The notes: a model not told the origin generated them from the sequence alone. Shown: positions 27,272 through 43,975, numbered from the stretch's first letter. The stretch: DNA of 64,000 nucleotides from Eledone cirrhosa (GCA_964016885.1 OZ024765.1:11532001-11596000), one strand, 5' to 3'. Numbers and translations: made by a program.

Positions 27272-27455
27272 AAATAATTGTTTCTACTTTTGGCACATGG
27301 CCAGCAATTACCCAGTGTATTACTGGTACTTTATTTTATCCACCCCGTAAGGATGAAAGGCAAAGTTAACCTCGTCAGGATTTGAACTCGAACCATAAAA
27401 GGACGTAACTATGCTGGAAAGCATGGCGTCTGACCCTATACCAATACTGCCAATC
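27272..27455 (-). mobile_element. SINE family C
   Basis: Reverse complement of the 24516 type. Confidence 0.85.
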
Positions 27456-27521
27456 CCCTGACCTTATTTTCCAACATAATAAGAAAACAATGTTGTCTCT
27501 GATCGAGATGAAGTAAGAGTG

Positions 27522-28454
27522 TATTTGAGTACATATAAAAGGGAGAAAACTCATCGCTGGAACAGCCGTTAAAACAGCTAAATGCTGTCAAAGACAGTGA
27601 TGGGCAAAGATGTCTGAGAGGACAGAGACCAGTGGCCAACAGAGAGACAATCCATGAGGTGGGTGACAGGTAGATGATATATAATGTCTGAGGACAGAGA
27701 CCAGCAGTCAGTGGTCAACAGAGAGACAATCCACAAGGTGGGTGACAGGTAGATGATATATAATGTCTGAGAGGACAGAGACCAGCAGCCAGTGGTCAAC
27801 AGAGAGACAATCCACAAGGTGGGTGACAGGTAGATGATATATAATGTCTGAGGACAGAGACCAGCAGTCAGTGGTCAACAGAGAGACAATCCATGAGGTG
27901 GGTGACAGGCAGATGAAATATAATGTCTGAGGACAGAGACCAGTGACCAGTGGTCAACAGAGAGACAATCCATGAGGTGGGTGACAGGCAGATGAAATAT
28001 AATGTCTCAGAGGACAGAGACCAGCAGCCAGTGGTCAACAGAGAGACAAACCACAAGGTGGGTGACAGGCAGATGATATATAGAAAAGATTGAAAGAAGA
28101 AGAGGCCATGGAGAAGTGTGCTGGTGCACAGAAGTGACTAAATCATGCGAAACCATTTTGCTGGTTTGAGAGCTGATGATGGTGGAGATGTGAATGTGTA
28201 AACTTGTCTTGTACACTGCTGTTCTTTATTTCCTCCTTCCAGTCACTTCTCTGCACCAACACACTTCTCCATGACCTCCTCCTCTTTCAATCTTTTCTAT
28301 ATTTCATCTACCTGTCACCCACCTTGTGGTTTACCACTGGCAGCTGGTCTTTGACCTCTGAGGCATGTTTGCCCATCGCTGTCTTTGACGGCCTGTAGCT
28401 GTTTTAACAGCTGTTCCAGTGATGAGTTTTCTCATTTTTATATGTACTCAAATA
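27522..28454. mobile_element. Fold-back element with long inverted arms; left arm holds ~6 x 79-bp tandem units
   Basis: tatttgagtacatataaaa..gaaaactcatc vs gatgagttttctcatttttatatgtactcaaata; gaagtgtgctggtgcacagaagtgact vs agtcacttctctgcaccaacacacttc. Confidence 0.75.
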
Positions 28455-29475
28455 TAATTTTAAGTTGAGTTACTTTCTAAATCATGAAGTAATTAAAACT
28501 TGTATAAATCCTTCAAAATTTTTCATTAAAACTTCTGATACCGACCTGACCAAACCTGACCAAAACCATCTTTGTTTTAAGAAATAAAGCTACCTAATTT
28601 ATAAGGGTCCCTATTTAAATTAAAATTCTCCAACATAATTTTATCTAATAATCATATTTTGGGCCACTATCTTAGTTGTGAAGTAATTAATAACTTTAGT
28701 TAATGTATCAAAATTCTTCATTAAACCTTTTGGCTCCAACCCAACCAAAACCAGCCAGACTTCTAAGGAATAAAGCCACACATTTTAGAAGGTTCTTATT
28801 TAAATTAAAATTTTCCAACATAATTTTATTTAAAAACCATTTCTTAAGTAACTATCTAAGTCATGAAATAATTAATAATTTTAATAAAACCCTCAAAATT
28901 CTTCATTAATTAATTGAAATAGTGTCCTTCATTAATTTTATGGTTACGAAAAGAGTAATGCTGTTGTTGAGGGTGGAATCATCAAATCCTATGTAGATGA
29001 TGATAGAGGGCATGGTGGTGTTGGATGATGGAGGGCATGGTGGTGTTGGATGATAGAGGGCATGGTGGTGTTGGATGATAGAGGGCATGGTGGTGTTGGA
29101 TGATGGAGGGCATGGTGGTGTTGGATGATGGAGGGCATGGTGGTGTTGGATGATGGAGATGATGATGATCATCATGGTGGTGATGGTGATCACGATAAAT
29201 GATGAGGACATGATAATGGCGATGACAACAACGATGAAAGCAATGTAAACATTAATATCGACAGTTATGATGGAGATGGAGATGGAGATGACGACAAACG
29301 ATGATGATGATGACGACGATAATGTTGACAATGATGATGATAACCGCAATAACGATGATGATGATGATGTCGATAATAATAATGAAGGCAATAATGATAT
29401 TTATGACAAAGATGATGATGATGATGATGTTTATGAAAATGACGATGATGATGTTTATGACAATGATGATGATGA

Positions 29476-31157
29476 TCATCATCATTTTACGTCCGCGTTT
29501 CCCTGCTTGCAAGGGTGGGACGGGTCCTATTCAGCACAGCATATCCCTATTCATCACAGTCCTTCGTCATCTCCTCTATGAGCTTCAGCAATCTGAGGTC
29601 AGCTCCCACCACCTCCGCCCATGTTTTTTGTGGTCTCCCTCTACTGCGTCTTCCTTCCACTGGGATTACTTTGCACTTCTTTACCCAGTGGTCATCCTCC
29701 AAACCATTTCAGTCTTCTCTCCCGCACACTACAGCTTATCCTATCCCTCTTATACACAATTTCTCTCTCAACTCATCCATGCTGGGTCATTCACACACAT
29801 TGACATTGCACATCCAACGGAGCATGCTTGCTTCATTTCTCTCCAGCCGTCACATATCCTCTGCAGTTGCTGCCCATGCAGCATCACACATCTCACACAG
29901 GCATCAAATAACCGGCCTTTCATTCATAGGAAAAAACCCTTCTTTGTCAACAGAGGAAGCAGCTCCCTAAACTTCTTCCAACCCGTCCTTATTCTAGATA
30001 CTATGGCCTCGGAACACCCCTCTCCCATGCTAATCTGATTACCTAGGTATCGGAAGCTATCAAACACTTCTATAGAACCTACCTGCATTTGAAAAATATG
30101 TCTATCATTGCGACTTCTACTGTCAAAATTCCCTGTACATCTACTGATACATAGTTTTCCCTACCTGTTAGTTTGCCTGCTATCCCACTACATATCTTGT
30201 GTACCCAAGATCTGCATTGTGTACATTTTATAGAATTTATGCCAGTTCCTTTTCTACATATCGAACATGGCCATTTCCCTGATGGAATCAGAGTTTTGTC
30301 CTCTTTTCTACTCATCAACACTTTTGTCTTAGCTAGGTTCACCCTCAGTCCTCTTGCTTCCAAATGCTGTTTCCATAGCCAGAATTTATTCTCTAGCTCC
30401 TCTACTGATGCTGCTATAAGAACCAGATTGTCAGCATAGAGAAGTTCCCATGGGCAACCAGTCTTAAACTCGTCTGTTATGGCTTGGAGGACTATAATGA
30501 ACAAGAGCGGGCTGAGGACCGAACCTTGATGTACTCCTACTTGTATCTGGAATTCCTCACTAAACTCCATTCCTACTCTCACTTTACTGACAGCACCTCT
30601 GTACATAGCTTGCACTGTCCTCACAAGCCATTCCCCTACACCTAGTTTCCTTAGGGACCACCAGATGACATATCAGGGTACCCTATCAAAGGCCTTCTCT
30701 AGGTCAACAAAAGCTAAGTATAGTGGCTTATTCTTCTCTAAGAACATCTCTTATAGTTGACTCACTAAGAAAAGGGCATCTGTTGTACTTTTCCCAGGCA
30801 CAACACCAAACTGCATCTCATCTAATTTTCACCTTTCTCTAATTAGTTGCGCTAATATTCTCTCTGCCACCTTCATAACCTGATCCATCAGCTTTATGCC
30901 CCTATAATTGCTCCTCTCCAGCACATCACCTTTACTTTGTAGCAATTTGACAATACTGCTGCACCAGTCTTCCGGTATGACTCCGCCATATATAGCTTGA
31001 TTGACGATGCGTGCAACCAGTTTAGTACCTACTTCTCCTGATGCTTTCAGCATCTCAGCAACTATCTCCAACGGTCCAGCGGCCTTACCATTTTTCATTT
31101 CCTTAATTGCCTCTTGGACCCTATATTCGTCAATCTCAATAGCTGGACCCTCTACTG
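29476..31157 (-). mobile_element. RTE-clade LINE, 5'-truncated, with RT domain; pseudogenised
   Basis: MKNGKAAGP..NYRGIKLM..; FVDLEKAFDRV; VGVHQGSVLSPLLFII..LLYADNLVL; RTE tail; candidate TSD gatgatgtttatgacaatgatgatgat at 29447-29473 and 31158-31184. Confidence 0.92.
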
Positions 31158-31579
31158 GATGATGTTTATGACAATGATGATGATAGTGATGATGATGATG
31201 ATGTTTATGACACTGATGTTTATGATAATGATGACAATGTTAATGGTGATGTTAGAAATAGAGCCATTAATATCTACAATTAATGTTTAAATTCTTCCCC
31301 AGTGAGAGAAGAATCTAGATTAAAATAAACATTTGTAACAGACAAAATAGATTCTTCCATTGTAGCAACATTAAAAGACTGGTGGTGGTGGTGGTGGGGG
31401 GTAATGTATTTTATAATATACCGTCAAATAAACACATATATACACACACACACACACACATGTATGTATATATATATATAAAGATATATAAAAAGATATA
31501 TATATAAAGATATATAAAAAGATATATATATATGAAGATATATAGATATATATGTGTGTGTGTATATATATATATAAAG

Positions 31580-31651
<72 letters not shown>

Positions 31652-31694
31652 ATATATATATAGATATATATAGATATATGTGTATATGTGTGTG

Positions 31695-31741
<47 letters not shown>

Positions 31742-31785
31742 ATATATATATATATAGATATATGTGTATATGTATATATGTGTAT

Positions 31786-31845
<60 letters not shown>

Positions 31846-32240
31846 TATATAAAGATATATATAATATATACACACACACATATATATACACATATATATA
31901 TATATATATAGACACCAACCAAAATAAACTTCAAATGAGTTTCTTGAATTGTGATACCATTGTTTCAAATCTGATTGATACATGATTTTCATTGTTTTAT
32001 ATTCTATTATATTGTTTATATTGATCATCTGTCTCTTGGATAAACATTTTATGGTTTACCTCCATTGTGGTGGGTCACGGAATGAACAGAATGAGTGGTG
32101 GATTAGCAGAATTAGCAGAACGTTGGATAAAGTGTCATTGTGGTATTTATTCTGACATCATATCACTCACTAATGTTAGCTTTGACTTCCATCCTTCTAG
32201 GGGTGGTCAATAAAATATAGTACCAGTGATGTGTCTAACA

Positions 32241-34460
32241 GACGTGGACATGGTTACAAAATCAGAAAACAGCACAGCTCCGATGACTATCAGAAACATT
32301 TTTTCATCCTCAGAGTTGCTGAGACATGGAACAAACTACCTGCATCAGTTGTTAGCTGTTGAGACACTGCATCCTTTAAAACAACCATGGAACAAACTAC
32401 CTTCATCAGTTGTTAGTTGTCGATACACTGCCTCCTTTAAAACCTCCATGGAACAAACTACCTGCATCAGTTGTTAGCTGTTGAGACACTGCATCCTTTA
32501 AAACAACCATGGAACAAACTACCTTAATCAGTTGTTAGTTGTCGATACACTGCCTCCTTTAAAACCTCCATGGAACAAACTACCTGCATCAGTTGTTAGC
32601 TGTTGAGACACTGCATCCTTTAAAACAGCCATGGAACAAACTACCTTAATCAGTTGTTAGTTGTCGATACACTGCCTCCTTTAAAACCTCCATGGAACAA
32701 ACTACCTGCATCAGTTGTTAGCTGTTGAGACACTGCATCCTTTAAAACAACCATGGAACAAACTACCTTAATCAGTTGTTAGTTGTCGATACACTGCCTC
32801 CTTTAAAACCTCCATGGAACAAACTACCTGCATCAGTTGTTAGCTGTTGAGACACTGCATCCTTTAAAACAACCATGGAACAAACTACCTTAATCAGTTG
32901 TTAGTTGTCGATACACTGCCTCCTTTAAAACCTCCATGGAACAAACTACCTGCATCAGTTGTTAGCTGTTGAGACACTGCATCCTTTAAAACAACCATGG
33001 AACAAACTACCTTAATCAGTTGTTAGTTGTCGATACACTGCCTCCTTTAAAACCTCCATGGAACAAACTACCTGCATCAGTTGTTAGCTGTTGAGACACT
33101 GCATCCTTTAAAACAACCATGGAACAAACTACCTTAATCAGTTGTTAGTTGTCGATACACTGCCTCCTTTAAAACCTCCATGGAACAAACTACCTGCATC
33201 AGTTGTTAGCTGTTGAGACACTGCATCCTTTAAAACAACCATGGAACAAACTACCTTAATCAGTTGTTAGTTGTCGATACACTGCCTCCTTTAAAACTTC
33301 CATGGAACAAACTACCTTCATCAGTTGTTAGTTGTCGATACACTGCCTCCTTTAAAACCTTCATGGAACTAACTACCTTCATCAGTTGTTAGTTGTCGAT
33401 ACACTGCCTCCTTTAAAACCTTCATGGAACAAACTACCTGCATCAGTTGTTAGCTGTCGAGACACTGCATCCTTTAAAACCTTCATGGAACTAACTACCT
33501 TCATCAGTTGTTAGTTGTCGATACACTGCCTCCTTTAAAACCTCCATGGAACTAACTACCTTCATCAGTTGTTAGTTGTCGATACACTGCCTCCTTTAAA
33601 ACCTTCATGGAACTAACTACCTTCATCAGTTGTTAGTTGTCGATACACTGCCTCCTTTAAAACCTTCATGGAACTAACTACCTTCATCAGTTGTTAGTTG
33701 TCGATACACTGCCTCCTTTAAAACCTTCATGGAACTAACTACCTTCATCAGTTGTTAGTTGTCGATACACTGCCTCCTTTAAAACCTTCATGGAACTAAC
33801 TACCTTCATCAGTTGTTAGTTGTCGATACACTGCCTCCTTTAAAACCTTCATGGAACTAACTACCTTCATCAGTTGTTAGTTGTCGATACACTGCCTCCT
33901 TTAAAACCTTCATGGAACTAACTACCTTCATCAGTTGTTAGTTGTCGATACACTGCCTCCTTTAAAACCTTCATGGAACTAACTACCTTCATCAGTTGTT
34001 AGTTGTCGATACACTGCCTCCTTTAAAACCTTCATGGAACAAACTACCTGCATCAGTTGTTAGCTGTCGAGACACTGCATCCTTTAAAACCTTCATGGAA
34101 CTAACTACCTTCATCAGTTGTTAGTTGTCGATACACTGCCTCCTTTAAAACCTTCATGGAACTAACTACCTGCATCAGTTGTTAGCTGTCGAGACACTGC
34201 ATCCTTTAAAACCTCCATGGAACAAACTACCTACATCAGTTGTTAGCTGTCGAGACACTGCATCCTTTAAAACCTCCATGCTTTCAGAGATTCACCAACA
34301 CTACACCTGATATTCTCCCTCCATACACACCCGCACATGTATATCATGACCCATACACTGTTCACTTTCCTGACATTTGTACATTATTCTATGTACTGTA
34401 CATGCACCTTTGATGAGTTGTAGTGCATCTGAGCACTGTACACAATAATTTCCATTATGT
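32241..34460 (+). mobile_element. CR1-clade LINE 3' end containing a 32 x 61-bp internal tandem array
   Basis: RGHGYKIRKQH..HFFILRVAETWNKLPASVVS..SFK is the CR1 ORF2 C-terminus; array 32325-34276; then the ORF end and 3' UTR (gagttgtagtgcatctgagcactgtacacaataat). Confidence 0.88.
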
Positions 34461-34830
34461 ACTGGGGTTGATTTAATCAACTTTGACTTTCATCTTTACC
34501 AGGAAATGTGTTGGTGGTGGTGCTAGGTGATAAAATATAGTACCAGCCATGTACTGGGGTTGATGTAATCCACTTTCCCTTTCCTCCAAAAATTGCTGGA
34601 CTTGTGTCAAAATAAGCAACTATAAACTTGTTCGATTAGCAGAATTGGTAGAGCACTGGCTAAAATATCACGGTAATATTTGTTCTGGCTCTTTATATTT
34701 GGACTTCAAATGCCCACCAAGGTTAGCCTTGCCCTTCATCCTTCTGAGGGTCAATATAATAAAGTACCAGTCATGTACTGAGGTTGATTTAATCAACTCA
34801 GCTGAAAATAGGTACCAGCAAAAGCTGAGG

Positions 34831-35430
34831 GTTTAACACTGTGATAGACTGCCAGCTTGTCCAAGAGTGAGTCTTGTACCCTCAGTCACTTAACGCCACA
34901 GAAACCGAAATAAACAGCAGCCTGTTGAGCCTCCTAGCTTGAGCCAGACTTTAACACTTTGATGGACTGGTGTCCTATCCAGGGGGAAAGTCTTGTACTC
35001 TCAGTCACTTAACGCCACAGAAATCGAAATAAACAGCAGCCTGTTGAGCCTCCTAGCTTGAGCCAGACTTTAACACTGAGATGGACTGGTGTCCTATCCA
35101 GGGAAAGTCTTGTACTCTCAGTCACTTAATGCCACAGAAACCGAAATAAGCAGCAGCCTGTTGAGCCTCCTAGCTTGAGCCAGACTTTAACACTGAGATG
35201 GACTGGTGTCTTATCCAGGGGAAAGTCTTGTACTCTCAGTCACTTAATGCCACAGAAACCGAAATAAGCAGCAGCCTGTTGAGCCTCCTAGCTTGAGCCA
35301 GACTTTAACACTGAGATAGACTGGTGTCCTATCCAGGAGAAAGTCTTGTACTCTCAGTCACCTAACACCACAGAAACTGGAATAAACATCGGCCTGATGA
35401 GCCACCGAGCTTGAGATAGACTTTAACACT
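34831..35430 (+). repeat. 5 x ~118-bp tandem array, probably from a SINE 3' region
   Basis: ctttaacact at 34949, 35068, 35185, 35303 and 35421; gatggactggtgtcctatccaggg..gccacagaaacc resembles invertebrate SINE tails; extra diverged copy at 35575-35672. Confidence 0.8.
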
Positions 35431-36228
35431 GAGATGTCTTTGTGGCCTAGCGGTAGGCACTAGAAATGGTGGAGATCCTGACCTTTTGGCTCAATCCTGG
35501 TCCAGAGGTACATGTAACCTTTTGTTGTAGTGCACCTGAGCACTGTACACAATAATTTCATTATATTATGAATTGATGTCCTATCTAGGGGAAAGTATTG
35601 TACTCGTAGTCACTTAATGCCACAGAAATCAGAATAAGTACGGCCTGATGAGCCTCCTAGCTTGAGACAGATGTTAGTCTTTTAGTTATATCAAAGACAT
35701 GATAACTTCCTTAGTGTTGGTGTCATCATAAAACACAGACAATAAATGTAACACGCAGAAATATATGTAAATTAGATGTGGCCAAACGCTCATTTGGCCA
35801 CATCTTGTTCATTGTCCCCCAAATAAGTACGGACTTCGACTGTGAAGTGGTGTGCAGAGAGGGAGACAGAGGGTGTGATGGCGGAGTTAACCCCAAACAT
35901 AACCAAACCTCTGTCACTGGGTCTATCACAACCTGTCCTACTCTTTGCTAGCAAATTATTGATTATTCTGATGATTGTTTGAAAACCAAAATTATCTGGT
36001 AATAAAAGGGTTACACTACAATATGAATATATTTATATTGTACTCTTATTCTGGCATAAAACCAAATCTATTTTATTTTTCTAACAAACTTGGTCTGTGA
36101 TAACCTGCCCAACCCTTGCTACTAAATTCTTGATTATTTTCAAGATTGTACGAAAACAGAGACAATAAATAAATAAATAAAATAGAATAAGAAAACATTA
36201 CAGCAATACGAGAGGAAACATAATAATA

Positions 36229-36268
36229 TCACTGATGATGTCACAGGTGTGTGATGAAAGAACTCTGA
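36229..36268 (+). ncRNA. Minimal type I hammerhead ribozyme
   Basis: tca-CTGATGA-t-gtcaca-ggtg-tgtgat-GAAA-g-aa-c-TC-tga. Confidence 0.65.
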
Positions 36269-36504
36269 GAGACTATATTTATATTTATATTTTTAACTGT
36301 TGGTCAATCAATAATAAACATTGATTGTCAGCTGAATTAATTATAAAAATATAAAAATGTACTGAAGCTAAAACGAACCCAAACCAAACAGTGAGTGTGT
36401 TTTATTATATATTTCTGGCAATATTATAAGAACATGACCCTCCCCAAATATAACAATGTATGAAAACCATAAGCAGCATCTGGTAATAAAAGGGTTACAT
36501 TACA

Positions 36505-36830
36505 TCATCATCATTTAACATCTATTTTCCATTAGAGGCAAGTTGGGTCAGGTGACCATGTCTTGCTCATATAGGACTGTTTCTGGCTAGATTTCTGCAG
36601 CTGGATGCCCTTCCTAACACCAACCACATTTACAGTGTGGGCTGGGTGCTTTTTGTTGTGATTCCTATGCGACCACTTTACAGTGTGGACTGTGTGATTT
36701 TGTCATGACACTTACACAACCACTTTACAGTGTGAGATGGGCGCTTTTTGTTGTGACTCCTAAACAATCACTCTACAGTGTGGACTGGGTGCTATTTACA
36801 GTGTCACAATCACAACCACTTTACAATGTT
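36505..36830 (-). mobile_element. SINE 3' part with ~48-bp internal sub-repeats
   Basis: ggatgcccttcctaacaccaacc followed by about 5 accactttacagtgtg units. Confidence 0.75.
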
Positions 36831-37163
36831 CGGCCTGTATGAAAACCATAAGCCATATCTGGTAATAAAAGGGTTACATTTATAAGGCAAACTTATTCTG
36901 GCATAAAACCAAATCGGATTTTTTTCATTTTTAACAGAAGCTGAAAAGTAAATTAAAGGAACACAAGTTATCACACACTATGACACCAAACTTGGTGAAA
37001 TGGTGCCAACATCTTGATGTGATAATGGAATAATTATTAAGTCTTCGTTAAATTTAATTTCGGGGCAAGAAAACTGAGTTTGTGGAAGAAATGGAAATTA
37101 CTGATGTTAATGAAAAACTACTTAAGGCAAAGAAGAAAATCGAACAAGTATTATTGAATTATT

Positions 37164-37213
<50 letters not shown>

Positions 37214-37280
37214 TGTATAAATATATATATAAATATATATGTATATATATATATAAATATATATGTGTATATATATATAT

Positions 37281-38812
<1,532 letters not shown>

Positions 38813-39152
38813 CATTTATTATATATATATATAAATCAAGATAGAACCAGTTCAAAATAGAGTACTCAATACTTGGGATAGTAGAGTATGGCTATATTAT
38901 AAAGAGTGAGGACCCGACCGCTGAGCTCTTGACATTTCAAGTTCAGGAAAGAGTCTGGAAAGCCAGTTCAATGTAATAAAAGGTGATAAATAAAATAAAA
39001 CAAAAGAATGTTTTTGCCCATAATATTTCAGAGCTTATACCCTCTTTTCAAATGTAAAAAGCAATACACATACACACACACATATACATATATATATATA
39101 GACACACAGCAGACACCAGCAGGGTATGACTTACTGTTGCATATGTTTTTGC

Positions 39153-39200
<48 letters not shown>

Positions 39201-39272
39201 TATACATATATATATATACACACATATATATATATACATATATACATATATACATATATACACATACATATT

Positions 39273-39330
<58 letters not shown>

Positions 39331-39354
39331 AACACATATACACACACACACACA

Positions 39355-39398
<44 letters not shown>

Positions 39399-39730
39399 CA
39401 CACACATATATATATATATAAGCAGGGAATAGCCAATGTAAATGATGATGATATATATATATAATAATGTGTGTGTGTGTGTGTGTGTTTCTTCCTCCTT
39501 TCCCTCTCTCCATTTACCTACACCCTCATTCCACCCTCAGCCCCTCTCACTAAACCCCTCACCACACCACCTTCCCCCACAGCTCTCCCTCTCTCTCTAC
39601 TTCTCCACCACCCAACAACAACACCAAGGAGATGACCAAAGGTGATTTGTAGGCAAAACAAATGTTGTTGTGCCTCCTTATAATAGCTTGGACACAGCTG
39701 ACTTTGATTGGCATGAAGTGTTTGGACAAG

Positions 39731-39778
<48 letters not shown>

Positions 39779-39788
39779 AAAATATATA

Positions 39789-39820
<32 letters not shown>

Positions 39821-39846
39821 CATACATGTGCGTAGGTATGTGTATG

Positions 39847-39892
<46 letters not shown>

Positions 39893-40019
39893 TATATATA
39901 TATATACACATATATATCTATATCTACATATATATATATATATATCTACATATATATATATATCTACATATATATATATATATATATCTACATATATATC
40001 TACATATATATATATCTAC

Positions 40020-40071
<52 letters not shown>

Positions 40072-40427
40072 GTAGATATGTACAAATGTACAAATGGAAG
40101 AATATGTGCATAATATGTTATTAGAGTAAAAGTGTATACACACACACACATATACATACATACACATTTAATATATATATATATATGTATGAGTGTGTAT
40201 AGAAAGCTGGAGGTGTAGGTGATGGTGGTGTGGTGAGTATATGGCGTGGGGTGGGGTTGTACAGTCATTAAGTATCCGTTAAGTGTCTGTCAATACTTAC
40301 ATGAATGAACTGTGGAATAGAAAATAGTCCAGCAATGAGAATAATATAGGACAGAGAAAGAGAAAAAGATATATATATATATATGTGTGTGTATATATAT
40401 ATATGTGTGTGTGTATATGTATATATA

Positions 40428-40516
<89 letters not shown>

Positions 40517-40573
40517 GTATATATATATATGTATATATATATACATATACATATATATATACATATATATATC

Positions 40574-40606
<33 letters not shown>

Positions 40607-40634
40607 TCATACATATACATATATACATATACCT

Positions 40635-40679
<45 letters not shown>

Positions 40680-40889
40680 TACATATATATATATACATAT
40701 ATATATATTCATACATATACATATATACATATACCTATATATATATACATATATATATATATACATACATATACATATATATACATACATATACATATAC
40801 CTATATATATATACATATACCTATATATATATACATATATTTATATATATATATACATATATATACATACATATATATATATACAGATA

Positions 40890-40924
<35 letters not shown>

Positions 40925-41339
40925 GTACCTATATATATATACATATATATATATGTATATGTATATATATAGGTATATATATATCTGTATATATATATAT
41001 ATATATACAGATATATATATATACCTATATATATGTACATATATATATGTATATATACATATACATATATATTTATATACAGATATATATATATATACAG
41101 ATATATATATATATACATACATATATATGTATACATATATATAAATATACATAAATACATTTATGTATATGTATACATATATATAAACATATATATATAT
41201 TCATATATATTTAGCTATTCATATACACTCACACACATATATATTGGGGGGGGGGGAGAGACAGCATATGATTATCCCCCTTGTTTCTGTCACTTTCTGA
41301 CAATAATAGACAATTGGTTTATTCCACCTCACTTCATTC

Positions 41340-43120
41340 CAACCACCACCACCACCACAACACCACCACCACAAGAACCACCGCCACCACCACCACCACC
41401 ACAACACCCCACCACAAGAACCACCACCACCACCACAACACCCCACCACAAGAACCACCGCCACCACCACAACACCCCACCACAAGAACCACCGCCACCA
41501 CCACAACACCCCACCACAAGAACCACCGCCACCACCACAACACCCCACCACAAGAACCACCGCCACCACCACAACACCCCACCACAAGAACCACCGCCAC
41601 CACCAAAACACCCCACCACAAGAACCACCACCACCACAACAACACCCCACCCCAAGATCCACTGCCACCACCACCACCACAACACCCCACCACAAGAACC
41701 ACCACCACCACCACAACACCCCACCACAAGAACCACCACCACCACAACAACACCCCACCACAAGAACCACCACCACCACCACAACACCCCACCACAAGAA
41801 CGACCGCCACCACCACAACACCCCACCACAAGAACCACCACCACCACAACAACACCCCACCCCAAGATCCACTGCCACCACCACCACCACAACACCCCAC
41901 CACAAGAACCACCACCACCACCACAACACCCCACCACAAGAACCACCACCACCACCACAACACCCCACCACAAGAATCACCACCACCACCACCACAACAC
42001 CCCACCACAAGAACCACCACCACCACCACAACACCCCACCACAAGAACCACCACCACCACAACAACACCCCACCACAAGAACCACCACCACCACCACAAC
42101 ACCCCACCACAAGAACGACCGCCACCACCACAACACCCCACCACAAGAATCACCACCACCACCACCACAACACCCCACCACTACCACTACAACCCATCAC
42201 ACTCCACCCCACCCACCACAATGACTACCCCACCACCACTAACACCATTATGCTAAGTGTCAATACCATCACCATATTGATGGCACCACCACTACCTTCC
42301 TCCACCACCACCATCACCATCACCACCACCACCACCGCAATAGCCACTACCACTACCACCACTGCAGTCAGCAACATCACCACCATCACAACCATCTTCA
42401 CTAACGTCACCACCACCACCACTACCACTATCACCACCATACACCCACACTACCCCCACCCCCACCACCACCACCACCACCACTATCACCCCCTACCACC
42501 ACTACCATCACCACCACTACCGCCACCACACCACCATCACCACTACCCCCACCACCACCACCACCACACCACCCCCTACCACCACTACCATCACCAACAC
42601 CACCATCACCACTATCACCACCACACCACACCCCTACCACCACTACCATCACCACCACTACCGCCACCACACCACCATCACCACTACCCCCACCACCACC
42701 ACCACCACACCACCCCCTACCACCACTACCATCACCAACACCACCATCACCACTATCACCACCACACCACACCCCTACCACCACTACCATCACCACCACT
42801 ACCGCCACCACACCACCATCACCACTACCCCCACCACCACCACCACACCACCCCCTACCACCACTACCATCACCAACACCACTATCACCACTATCACCAC
42901 CACACCACTACCATCACCACCACACCACCATCACCACTACCATCACCAACACCACCATCACCACTATCACCACCACACCACACCCCTACCACCACTACCA
43001 TCACCAACACCACCATCACCACTATCACCACCACACCACACCCCCACAACTACCACTATCACCACCATCACCACCATCACCACCACACCACCACCACCAC
43101 CACCACCACCACCACCACCA
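41340..43120. repeat. (ACC)-based ~31-bp minisatellite followed by degenerate (CAC)n
   Basis: accacaacaccccaccacaagaaccaccgcc units. Confidence 0.9.
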
Positions 43121-43257
43121 CCCTCATCGATCCATCTTTCTTCCCATTCCTCTTCATTGCTTTCATAATCAGGTTTTTCTGCTGGAATGGATTGACAGGT
43201 CTATTATATAGTCATGTATACACACACATATATATACACACCCATATATATATATAT

Positions 43258-43300
<43 letters not shown>

Positions 43301-43345
43301 TATATATATCACACACATATATATATATCACACACATATATATAT

Positions 43346-43400
<55 letters not shown>

Positions 43401-43443
43401 TATATATCACACATATATATATATCACACACATATATATATAT

Positions 43444-43509
<66 letters not shown>

Positions 43510-43696
43510 CACACAGACATATATATATATATATACACACATATATATATATATATACACACACATATATATATATATATATACACACATATATATATAT
43601 ATATATCACACACATATATATATATATACACACACACACATATATATATACACACACATATATATATATCACACACATATATATATATACACACAC

Positions 43697-43727
<31 letters not shown>

Positions 43728-43975
43728 TATATATATATACACACACACACATATATATATATATCACACACATATAAATATATATACACACACACATATA
43801 TATATATATATACACACACACACATATATATATATATCGCACACATATAAATATATATACACACACACACATCATCATCATTCATCATCATTTTACGTCC
43901 GCTTTTTCCTGCTTGCAAGGGTGGGACTGCTCTTATTCAGCACACATATATATACACACACACATATATATATAT

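Noticed and set aside
32325-34276. CRISPR-like regular arrays (also 61660-62579)
   Set aside because: No unique spacers and no cas genes; units derive from CR1 and SINE sequence in a eukaryotic context.
35390-35425. CTGATGA in the 118-bp array as a hammerhead
   Set aside because: No GAAA or stem III at the right spacing; most units read ctgttga.
37060-37170. Coding-looking [32 protein letters not shown]
   Set aside because: No splice signals or recognisable homology; A-rich composition can explain it.
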